From: Octopus vulgaris
Taxonomy: Eukaryota
Reading direction: 5' to 3'
Length of the DNA stretch: 64,000 nucleotides
NCBI GenBank assembly: GCA_951406725.2
Contig: OX597815.1
Location: 26,040,001-26,104,000 of the forward strand
Each line of letters starts with the position of its first letter. The first letter of the stretch is position 1. The notes beneath the pieces were generated by a model. It was not told the origin of the DNA. It did no database searches and saw nothing but the letters and a program-made list of their open reading frames with translations. The translations under genes were made by a program, and so were the position numbers. Positions 42,942 to 53,766 of the stretch are shown here, piece after piece.

Positions 42942-43253
42942 CTGAAAAGAATAAGAAGTGTGAATACATTTGCGTATGAAAACGTATGCTTTATGCGGAT
43001 ATATGTGCGAGTATATTTGATAGATACACACAGGCATACATATATAGATGTATGTGGGTCTATGTATCTATGTATGTATATATATATATATATATATATT
43101 TAAGTAGATAAATGAATTATCTTATTACGGATAATTCGAAAGATAACCGATACCTGGGTAGCAAACTCACAACAGAAAGAACACGGTTGAAGTTACGACC
43201 ATAGGGCATATACTCCGTGCCTTAGTGCGGAAATTTGAAGTTTAATTTAATAT

Positions 43254-43353
43254 TATAAGTATAGGAAAGAATGGAGCTGAGCGAAGATTTAACAAAATTC
43301 CTTTAAATAAAGGAATTTTGTTAAATCTTCGCTCAGCTCCATTCTTTCCTATA

Positions 43354-43359
<6 letters not shown>
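43254..43359. repeat. Perfect palindrome, 52-bp arms, 2-nt spacer
   Basis: tataagtataggaaagaatggagctgagcgaagatttaacaaaattccttta-aa-exact reverse complement. Confidence 0.95.
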
Positions 43360-43406
<47 letters not shown>

Positions 43407-43408
<2 letters not shown>

Positions 43409-43961
43409 GTGCGTTAACTACAGCATTAGAGAGGCTTAACTCTTATTTCTAGGAATGTAGGTATTTCTTAATAGCCCTGTCACATTTAGTGACATTTGTA
43501 GGAACACACACACACACACAGACATATATATATATATACATGCATACATACATACATACATACATACATACATACATGCATACATACATACATACATACA
43601 TACATACATACATACATACATACATACATACACATATACTGTATGTGTGTGTGTGTGTGTGCGTGCGTGTGAGCGTGTGCATACAAATGTCACTAAATGT
43701 GACAAGGGTGTTAAGAAACACCTAGATTCCTAGAAATAAGAGTTAAACCTCTCTAATGCCCTAGTTAACGCACATGAATGAAAACATAGAGTAACAGGGA
43801 ACATAATCGTCCGAGATCGGCACTTTTCGGACGGTTATGGTCCCTGTTAGTGTATATGTTTTCATTCACGAGAGTTAACTACAGTATTAGAGCGGTTTAG
43901 CTCTTATTTCTAGCAATGTAGGCGTTACCTAACACCCTAGTCGCATTTAAGGACATTTGCA
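43407..43961. repeat. Foldback element (43682-43961) plus a third inverted arm copy (43407-43500)
   Basis: Imperfect ~135-bp arms centred near 43820; 43407-43500 is the reverse complement of 43682-43775. Confidence 0.85.
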
Positions 43962-44006
43962 ATTCTCCTCTTTGGTGAAACATTGCAAACTGCTATTTAC
44001 GTTAAC

Positions 44007-44042
<36 letters not shown>

Positions 44043-44044
<2 letters not shown>

Positions 44045-44231
44045 AAGTTAATCCAAACATGAAAACACAAAGAGAAAGCACAACAACGCGAGGACGTGGA
44101 CACTCAGGAAGGAAGGGAAGAAGGAGGTTTTAACGTTTCGAGCGGAGCTCTTCGTCAGATACATAGGAAAAGGAAAGATCCAGAGAAGGGAAGACAGAGG
44201 AAAAAAATCGCCAACGGTACACACGCGGTCA
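44043..44231 (-). mobile_element. ~200-bp non-autonomous element with minimal HHR motif (44127-44162)
   Basis: Reverse complement CTGACGA-A-GAGC(tcc)GCTC-GAAACGTT. Lies between (TA)n tracts. Inverted homolog at 45344-45551. Confidence 0.7.
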
Positions 44232-44367
44232 TATATATATTACGGAGATGTGCTTGCATAGCAAGTGACCTGATCTGAGATCGTGTGCTAGAACGAAAAC
44301 AATCGCAGCGTGGAAGGTGTTTATAAGCCATATAAGAAACACACAAGAACCGTTAGATTAACTTCAA

Positions 44368-44775
44368 CAGGCGTGGCTGTGTGTAAGTAGCTTGTTTACC
44401 AACCACATGGTTCCGGGTTCAGTCCCACTGCGTGGCACCTTGGGCATGTGTCTTCTACTATAGCCTCGGGCCGACCAAAGCCTTGTGAGTGGATTTGGTA
44501 GATGGAAACTGAAAGAAGCCCGTCGTATATATGTATATATATATATGTATGCGTGTGTGTGTTTGTGTGTCTGTGTTTGTCCCCCTAGCATTGCTTGACA
44601 GCCGATGCTGGTGTGTTTATGTCCCCGTTACTTAGCGGTTCGGCAAAAGAGACCGATAGAGTAAGTACTGGGCTTACAAAAGAATAAGTCCCGGGGTCGA
44701 GTTGCTCGATTAAATGCGGTGCTCCTGCATGGCCGCAGTCAAATGACTGAAACAAGTAAAAGAGTAAAAGAGAGT
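44368..44775 (+). mobile_element. SINE family B, full length
   Basis: As at 33213. Confidence 0.9.
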
Positions 44776-44787
44776 ATATAAATTTAA

Positions 44788-44838
44788 TTTGCCAAAATAT
44801 TTTCGTTGCTTTGAGACCGCGATCTGTTCACCGACAAA
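44788..44838 (-). ncRNA. Minimal hammerhead-like motif, G3:C8 core variant
   Basis: Reverse complement TTTGTCG-GTGAACA-G-ATCGC(ggtctcaaa)GCAAC-GAAA-ATAT-TT-TGGCAAA. 7-bp stem I with wobbles, imperfect stem II, palindromic loop III. Confidence 0.5.
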
Positions 44839-45176
44839 ATTCCGTGCTGCATGGACTAAAACGCGAACCGATCAAGTTTATGTATAAATTTTCTTTTTGT
44901 ATATTTGTTTCCTTTTACACAATATTAAAACAACGGCTAGAAATTTCCCGAAGCAGCAGCCTCACTAATTTTATCTACGAGCCACCACTGCTTGCCGTTC
45001 TCATTCCGTCTCAGTTCAAATCTCACAGGGTCCAAATTTGCCTTTCATCATTCTGCGGTCGATAAATAAAGAACGAGTTTGATAGTGGAGTTAAATATTT
45101 CTCACTACCTTCTTTCTTTCTTTCTTTCTTTCTTTCTTGCTTTCTTTATCTCTGGAAGAAATCTGTATTATTGACC

Positions 45177-45221
<45 letters not shown>

Positions 45222-45343
45222 CTATGTATGTTTACACACATATATACATATATATATATATATACACATATATAGATATACATATAAACACATACATACA
45301 TGCGTACATGCATACATGCGTACATGTATACATACATCAAAAT

Positions 45344-45551
45344 GTGACCGCCTGTGTACCGTTGGCGATTTTTTTTCCTCTGTCTTCCCTTATCTGGATC
45401 TTTCCTTCTCCTAGGTTTCCGACGAAGAGCTCCGCTCGAAACGTTAAACCCTCCTTCTTCCCTTCCTTCCTGAGCGTCCAATAATACTATATTTGTTCCA
45501 CGTCCTCGCGTTGTTGTGTGTTTTTGTGCTTTCTTGTTTGGATTAACTTTA
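45344..45551 (+). mobile_element. ~200-bp non-autonomous element with minimal HHR motif (45414-45450)
   Basis: GGTTT-CCGACGA-A-GAGC(tcc)GCTC-GAAACGTT-AAACC. Same termini (tgaccgc...ggattaacttta) as 44043-44231. Confidence 0.7.
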
Positions 45552-45597
45552 CATACATACATACATATATTTGTTATATATTGATATTTGTTATGTG

Positions 45598-45640
<43 letters not shown>

Positions 45641-46716
45641 CTATACTTTTCTTACTGGTTGCATTCGATAAATATGATTATGTGATTACTGCTTTGTGAA
45701 GTTTTTAGTTGATCAAAATAATAGCAAATCTATTTTTTATTTAAGTCTGTATCTATATTGGATACTGTAAGCGACGATATTGTGTTAACAGCCGTCGTCG
45801 GTTGTTTCTCGTGTCCCAGATTTCAATATCGTCCAACTGTTATAATTTCTCCATATTGCTGGTACTGATACTAAAGAAAGCCAAAATTTTGTAAAACCGG
45901 CGGGAAGAAAAATACCAAATAAGAATCGGCAGAGAACGTGTTCCTGTTGTAACATTTTGCTTTCTCTATGTTTTTCGTTAACTTTGCTTTCACATTTAAC
46001 TTCTAAATGATCGCTTCTGAAGATAATAGTGCGATGCCAGCTGGATTGGTTCTGGGTTTCTGTTGCATACATTTACGTCTCAGATCCATCCATTATGTAG
46101 CGGCAGGAAAGAGACTTCCATGGTTGATTCACTGAAGAGAATTCGACGAGGAAATCACACTTCCTTCGTTTGAATCTCATCTGCCGACTATCATGATGTT
46201 GGATTCTGTGCTTCGACTGTCGGATTTTTCTAGGACAGCAGTACTGATCATGCAGTTTTCATACACGTATATATAGGAATTAATCCTCTCTCTTCGCTCC
46301 TTTGCGTCACATGGGCTCAACTCTCCTCCCCTCTCCTCTTCATCTAACTGTCCTCCTCTCTTGCTTTGGCACCTACTTCCTCTCATCACTTCTACGCACC
46401 TTCTCCCCTCTACCTTTTCCCTTCATCGTCACCCCTTCCATCGTTATCCTACCCTTCACATCCCAACTCCACTATCCCTATAGATAAGTGGAAATTTTAC
46501 TGGTGAGTGTATTAAATTATAAGTCACTAAAAGAGAATGACTCTCCCCAGACACAACAGAAAATGCTTCAACACACGAACTCACTAAAGAATCTTGCAAA
46601 CCAAATCCAAAAACGAAATATATGTACGTATATATATATACTTACACACCTGTCTTCGGCTTTTGTTTCTTTTGTAAATTCCAACTATATATATATATAT
46701 ATACACACACACACAT

Positions 46717-47442
46717 GTAAAATCTATTTGCCAACGTAAAGTGGCAGTCCTGCGTAGGACCATGTTACTACCATTTAATTTCAGGAAAACAAGTTTTCCG
46801 GCTGGTTATCGATACACCATCTGTGTCTGAAATATCCCGTGAGCAAAGGACCGTACTACTCCCTCCTAGCCACTAGCAGTACCAACAGATCAATGGTTTC
46901 TGGATAATTTCCCATCCTCCATGCTGGACAATCGTCGGCTAGAGATAGCAGCTTACTCGACTCTACTCACTGTATATAAATATAGAAGTGGCAGTCAAGT
47001 CACTGACCTCGTAATGAGTAAAACAGATAGTTTTAATTCTCTGAATGAGATCTAAGTAATGACTCTACTACATAGGAAAATCTATTTGCCAACTTAAGTT
47101 GGCTGTCCTGTGTAGGACCATGTAGTATAGTTACTACATAGATCTCATTCAGAGATCAGTAACTGTCTGTCACTTCTATATTTATATAATGTGGGTAGAG
47201 TCGAGTAAGCTGCTATCTCTAGCCGGCGGTTGTCCAGTACTGAGGATGGGAAATTAGTCAGAAACCATTGGTTTGTTGGTACTGCTAGTGGCTAGAATAG
47301 AGTAGTACGCTCCCTTGCTCACAGTATATTTCAGACACAGATTGTGTGTCGATAACCAGCTGGAAAATATATTTTCCTGGGGTTAAATGGTAGTAACATG
47401 GTCCTAAGCAGGACTACCTTACGTTAGCAAATGTATTTTACT
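46717..47442. mobile_element. Inverted plus partial tandem repeat element (~360-nt monomer)
   Basis: 46717-47055 is roughly the reverse complement of 47138-47442; aaatctatttgccaac...ggaccatgt recurs at ~46719 and ~47077. Confidence 0.8.
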
Positions 47443-47601
47443 ATGCAGTATAATTACTATTTAGATATTTGATCCTGTCTCCTCTCATCATCCACGATCT
47501 TCTCCACTGGACTTTCTACCTTTCTACCCTTTACGGATCCTCTTTTGGACTTTTTACACTCCGGCTGCACCTCTCCTACCTATGGATTACTCTGGACTCT
47601 A

Positions 47602-47657
<56 letters not shown>

Positions 47658-47703
47658 TCATACACAAAGACGCACACAAACACGAACACATACATACAGA
47701 CAT

Positions 47704-47755
<52 letters not shown>

Positions 47756-48194
47756 GCACATACACACACATATACGATACAAACATTTGTATGTTCACCC
47801 GAACTTGAGTTCATATTTCTTTTTATTATACCCGCATACGCTAATGCACCAAAAACGAGTGTCTGGTATGTGTTGAGGTGGACTAGTACCTTTATTGTCT
47901 TCTGCTTTGATTACACCGACTTCAACAACTGGAAAAGACAAACAAATCAAGTTGAATTCTTTTTACGCTTGTTTATGTTTATTTATTTATTTATGTATTT
48001 ATTTATTTATATTTAGATGATCCCGACGCCACTTACATTACCAACCAGTTCGTTATGTGACGCCCTTTCACTGTAATTTTTACGTATGTCCCGAACATTT
48101 AACTCTGCAGTGTATCATACCCATTGACGTTATAAAATAATAGGTAGGAAGTACCCCATGTGGATATGAAGAATTATCAAAGCAACACCAAAGG

Positions 48195-48251
<57 letters not shown>

Positions 48252-48300
48252 ATAATAATAATAATAATAATAATAATGATAATAATAATAATAATACTAC

Positions 48301-48362
<62 letters not shown>

Positions 48363-48396
48363 GTAGTAGTAATAATAAAAAAATAATAATAATAAC

Positions 48397-48458
<62 letters not shown>

Positions 48459-48518
48459 CAGAAAAATCATGTCATATCACAAATGCAGAGATTTGGAGGA
48501 CAGGTGCTGACACATACA

Positions 48519-48557
<39 letters not shown>

Positions 48558-48869
48558 ACACACACATACACACACACACACACACACACGCACGCACACA
48601 CCTAAAATGTCAACACCTAATTCCAGCTAGTACATATAGTTCACTATGTAAAAAATAAACACCCCACCTTACATTGCTATACACATACGCATAAAGGTCT
48701 ATGTGACTAGGTTTATAAGCGTAAAAAAAAATATATACACACCCCGTACTCTCCTGTTCCACAAAGCATTTTCTCTTCGTTCCTACTTCCGGTCACTTAC
48801 TTATAAAAAATAAACACACGTGATTCTTGGCGATTTTCCCTCCTTCGTGTTGGACTTCCCTATTTCTTC

Positions 48870-48902
48870 TTTCCGAAGAAGAGTTATGCTCGAAACGTAA
48901 AA
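48870..48902 (+). ncRNA. Minimal hammerhead-like motif in a diverged relative (48817-48990) of the 45344 element
   Basis: TTT-CCGAAGA-A-GAGT(tat)GCTC-GAAACGTA-AAA. Confidence 0.5.
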
Positions 48903-48990
48903 TAAAACTTCTACTCTTTTCTTTCTCAGAGTGTTTTATTAATACACTGTTTGTGCCATGTCCAAACGTTTGTTTGTTTTTTTCCTTTTC

Positions 48991-49281
48991 TGTGTAGAAA
49001 GTAGCTTGCTTACCAACCACATGGTTCTGAGTTCAGACCCACTGCGTGGCACATCGGGCAAGTGTCTTCAGCTATAGCTTCGGGTCGACCAAAGCCTTGT
49101 GAGTAGATTTGGTAGACAGAAACTGAAAGAAGCCCGTCGTATATATGTGTATGTATGTGTGTATATTTGTCCCCCCACCATCGCTTGACAACCGCTGTTG
49201 GTGTGTCTACGTCTCCGTAACTTAGCGGTTCAGCAAACAAGAATGATAGAAAAAGTATTAGGTTTACAGAGTAAGTTCTGG
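48991..49281 (+). mobile_element. SINE family B, diverged and 3'-truncated
   Basis: Family motifs. Confidence 0.85.
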
Positions 49282-49672
49282 GATATATATACGTAATCCA
49301 AATAATTAGAAGATAATTCATGATTCGTTACAATTATTTTTTGTATCAAATCTGCCTGCAACGCTAGTTTACGCTAGTTTACAGAAACAATTGTAACGAA
49401 TTATTAAAGACGTGTTAAAGGATTTCTTTGTCTTCTAATTATCTGAATTATAATTTTCTCTTCATCACATTCCCGCGTAGGTTTTTGTCGTCGTGAAACC
49501 AGGATTTTCCACACTTGAAGAATTTCGGCAATAGTCTGAAATCCGACTGTGTTGATAGCCCAGTACTCGGGTTGAGTGCATCTCTGAAAATACCCTGCAT
49601 TTATGCCCTACCAGGACCTAAGATATACATAAATAAATACATACAAATATACATACATACATACATACATAC

Positions 49673-49731
<59 letters not shown>

Positions 49732-50189
49732 TATGTGTGTTTGTGTGTGTAGGCAATTATGCAGATAAGCAAATTAGATATATAAAACATACAAAATTTG
49801 CACATATGTATACATGCAAAATGAGAGGAAGCAAAAGGTGGAGACTTTCAGACTATGAATATTTAATTATAAGTATATAGATATTTATATTAATAGATCC
49901 AACTCACACAGAATATAAACGATTGGGAAAATTGAAGGCGAGGAAGAAAGGTGTCCAACTGCTGTGTCTGTTGTGTCTGCTGTGTCTAGATGTTCGGAGA
50001 TCCATCATAATGTTGGTAGATGTAGTTCATCACAATATGCGGCCGTAATGGAAGCAGTCAACATTCGATAAATCGAGCCTCTGTCATCAGGGTAGAAAAG
50101 ATCTTACATTATGATCTGAAATGTAAGATCTCAAAAATACCATTAAAAAAAAGGCACTCTTAGAGATTGAAAATAAATTCAGAATTTCT

Positions 50190-51003
50190 CCTGAAAAAGA
50201 AAGGGAAAAAAGAAAAATCAGAGCGGCCACAGATATAGAAACGAACATTTAGGCCTTCAATAGATTTGCAAAAGTATCTGTCTCAATGCGCTGCGAATAT
50301 GGCCACTGTTTGAAGAAAGTAACTCACTGACTGCTGACTCCATAAGGATAAGTGAAATGGTAAATAAACAACTTCAAAGTGTTTTCACCATTCTACTGAG
50401 AGATATACAAATAAATGTTACTGACAAGTTCTTTGACACCGCGGATTAAAATAAGGGAAAATATAACCATCAAGTACATCGACATAAAAGAAGCGGATGT
50501 AATATAGGTCATTGATGGGGTCAACTTGAATTAAGCAATGGGCCCATGTAAGAAAAGCTCACGCAAAAACTCTGCAGATATTTTCCAGTACTTGTAACAA
50601 GCTTCCTAAAATGTTAAAAGAAAATATTATATGGTATGTCTACAAGGGAATCTGATGACAACTAGAAACAACGGAAAGACCTGAACACAATATACAAGTG
50701 AGCTGAAGAAAATAATATGCTGTTAAATACTGAAAGGTTTCGAGTCCTATCGGTCCACAAAATGACTGCAATCAGATAACACAGGACCAAAGAATATTCC
50801 AATTCTGGAGTCACTGCCGGTGCGTAAAGAGGAAATGCACATGAATAATGATGCATCATTCCGTGTGTATATGATTAAGATGGCAGCAATACGGATTCTG
50901 AGTTCATTCAGAACAAAATAATAAAATCACGTTGAGTCTATGCAAAACATTTGTTCTCCGTCGTATAGTGTGTATGTGTGCGCGCGCGTGTGTATCAGTG
51001 TAT

Positions 51004-51068
<65 letters not shown>

Positions 51069-51880
51069 TGTATGCCTGTATGTTCATATATATTTTTTCC
51101 ACACACATATGTATACACACATACACACACATACACATATACACACATGTGTGCATGTGTGTTTGCGTGTATGTGTGTGTGTGTGTGTCATATATATATG
51201 TATCATATATATCATATATATTTGTATGTTTATGTTGTATATGATGTGACCAAAAGGAGCGGCAATCCCAGAGTCAAGTACAGTCCGTGATCTGGGGATT
51301 ATTTTGAGCAACGACGCATTGTTTCACGTACATATCACCAAGATGGTGGCAATGTGCATGCGAACAACCGGATGGATTCCGAGAAGCTTCAGAAGATAGA
51401 TCAGCAAACTATGTTGGTGGCATGGAGGACATTTGTACTCAACCGTCTGGGCTACTGCTTTCCACTGTCGTGACCCAACAGTGTTAAATTAATAGTGGAA
51501 CTCGAGGTAGTTCAGTTGTGCTACACCAGGGTGATTGCATCACTGGAACAGCTGAGCTACTGAGAGAAACTGAAAGAGCTACGACTCTTCTCCCTAGGGC
51601 AAAGATGGAAGAGGTAAGCAGTGATATCCTGGAGGGGTTGGCACCACACTTTTGGCATTAGGAGCTATACTACCCTCTGAACTGGACCTCACTGCACTAT
51701 TCCAAAGGTTCCAGCTATCCTGTCTCGAGTGAGGACCACGTGCTTAGGGATTCAAGAGCCTACACCTGTTTAATACCGTGCCAAAATATCTGAGGCGTCT
51801 TCATGAAGTAGGAGTAGATGTTTTCAAGAAACAACTTCATCTCTTGCTGTCCAAGGTACCTCATAAACCTTTGTCACCAC
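50190..51880 (+). mobile_element. Decayed CR1-like LINE, interrupted by a microsatellite (50970-51240)
   Basis: Remnants NKQLQSVFT, KDLNTIYK*AEENNMLLNTERF, VRDLGIILSNDALFHVHITKMV, ELEVVQLCYTRVIASLEQLSY*EKLKELRLFSL. Confidence 0.75.
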
Positions 51881-53021
51881 AAAACTCAAAAGAGGGCAAC
51901 CGTTTCAAATCTCCCTCGTTCACCAAAAGTTATTCGCATAAGAATGGCCATTGAAAGGCGATTATATTGGCGGTGCTCCAACATGGCCACAACCTTTGGG
52001 CTGAAACATGTAAAAGGAATAAAGAAAAAATATATGTATACGCGCACGCACACACAAACACACAAACACACACAAACACACACACGATATACATTATCTT
52101 TTCAATGACAATTTGACTGTATCTAGAATTGCGTCAGTGATCAGGTCACAGAAGTGAGACGAAACTCTTGAGTACATCATAAATTATACTACCAAGAAAT
52201 AAACAAAGAGCGGATGTGACAAATAGTGGGTGTTAAATAGCTTAAATGCCTAGTTTGCGATGTAATTGCCAGTGTGTGTGTATGTGTGTGTGTGCGTGTG
52301 TGTTTGTGAGTGTGTGTGAGTGTGTGTGTGTGTGTATTTATCTTTGCATTATGTATGCTTGAATACCTTTATACATCTGCGTCCTACGTATACACATATA
52401 GATATTGTTATTAAACAATAACAAGAAGTGAAATTATATAAGAATTATTCCAAACATAGTTTAAGCATTAAATCACTATAATTACCCCCCAAAAGAAAAT
52501 GAATACATTAGTTGATCTAATCCGAATATAGATTGTACTTAGTCGCCCAAAAGAAATGTTTGACACCGCTTATCTTACTTGTAACTTAATAGGATATCAA
52601 CAATAAGGCTTGCGAACTATGTACAAAAAAGTGGAGATGGAGTTAGCGGAGTTGAGTTCACAATCATAAGTTTTTTTTTGTTCGATTTCTGGATTAGTTA
52701 GTATAGTGTGTTTGCAGTAATGCACTTCGTTTCATGCTGTTCCATTTTACTTACTTGAAATGAGTATGAACCAATGAGTTCTGGTACATCCTGCCTTCCC
52801 GTCAGCTGTCACATACTTTTTTTGTTCCTTTGGAGTAGGTTTAGGAGAGCCGAGAAGGTTTCTTGCTTTTGTCACAACTTCATAGGTACCTAAATGAAGT
52901 TTGCAAAAGCTTGGATCATATCGATTGCAAATGACCTCAATCAATTATGGATATATATATATATATATATGGGAAAAAAAGTCAAGATAGAAAATGCTAA
53001 AATAATTTTATAGAAAACATT

Positions 53022-53060
53022 TCAGTACCGGTTTCAGTCATTGAGACTTTTTCAACAGTA
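53022..53060 (-). ncRNA. Degenerate minimal HHR-like motif, U3:A8 core variant
   Basis: Reverse complement actg-TTGAAAA-AGTC(tcaat)GACT-GAAACCGGTA-ctga. Stem II perfect, stem I mismatched. The element starts right after (TA)n. Confidence 0.45.
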
Positions 53061-53195
53061 GCAATTAAACAACTGAATTTAGAAGAATTAAAAGAAAAGT
53101 TTTTTAAAAATAATATTTGTATAGTGTTCAAATACAAGTGGCATTTTCCTTGTTTCTGCCTGTCTCTGTCTCTTTTGATTACTCTTGTGGGTTCG

Positions 53196-53224
53196 AGAAT
53201 AGACTGGTGAAGTGCACATCACAG

Positions 53225-53271
<47 letters not shown>

Positions 53272-53327
53272 TGTGATGTGCACTGCGATATATATATACT
53301 GTGATGTGCACTTCACCAGTCTATTCT
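53196..53327. repeat. Perfect ~35-bp inverted repeats around a (TA)n core
   Basis: agaatagactggtgaagtgcacatcacagtatata / tatatactgtgatgtgcacttcaccagtctattct, plus a partial extra arm at 53269-53284. Confidence 0.9.
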
Positions 53328-53557
53328 GCCCAACGCTGTTTTAGTACATCGTAGAGAATTTTTGCATCAGTGGCAAAGCTCTTCCTGTATTCGAGGATCA
53401 GAAATGTGATACTAATTATTGAAATTCGGAACGTTTCAGCCATAAAATAATATATATGTATATTACTTAGCACAGTTATAATTACATAAGTACATAATTA
53501 GGTGTACGTGAGTGTGTTTTTAGATGTATGTACATGTTTTTTATTATATGTACAAAC

Positions 53558-53617
<60 letters not shown>

Positions 53618-53725
53618 ATCTGTGTCTACGTGTGTGTGTGTTTTTGCATATATGTATATATACATATACACATGCATGCTTTTATGTGCTTCTGTCATTA
53701 CACACACACACACACACACACTCAC

Positions 53726-53766
<41 letters not shown>

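Noticed and set aside
47385-47420. Twister-like GUCCUAAGC motif
   Set aside because: It forms a simple hairpin, the loop differs in the other copies, and no P4/T1 partners were found.
50650-50675. CTGATGA...GAAAC
   Set aside because: No stem II; lies in a LINE RT remnant.
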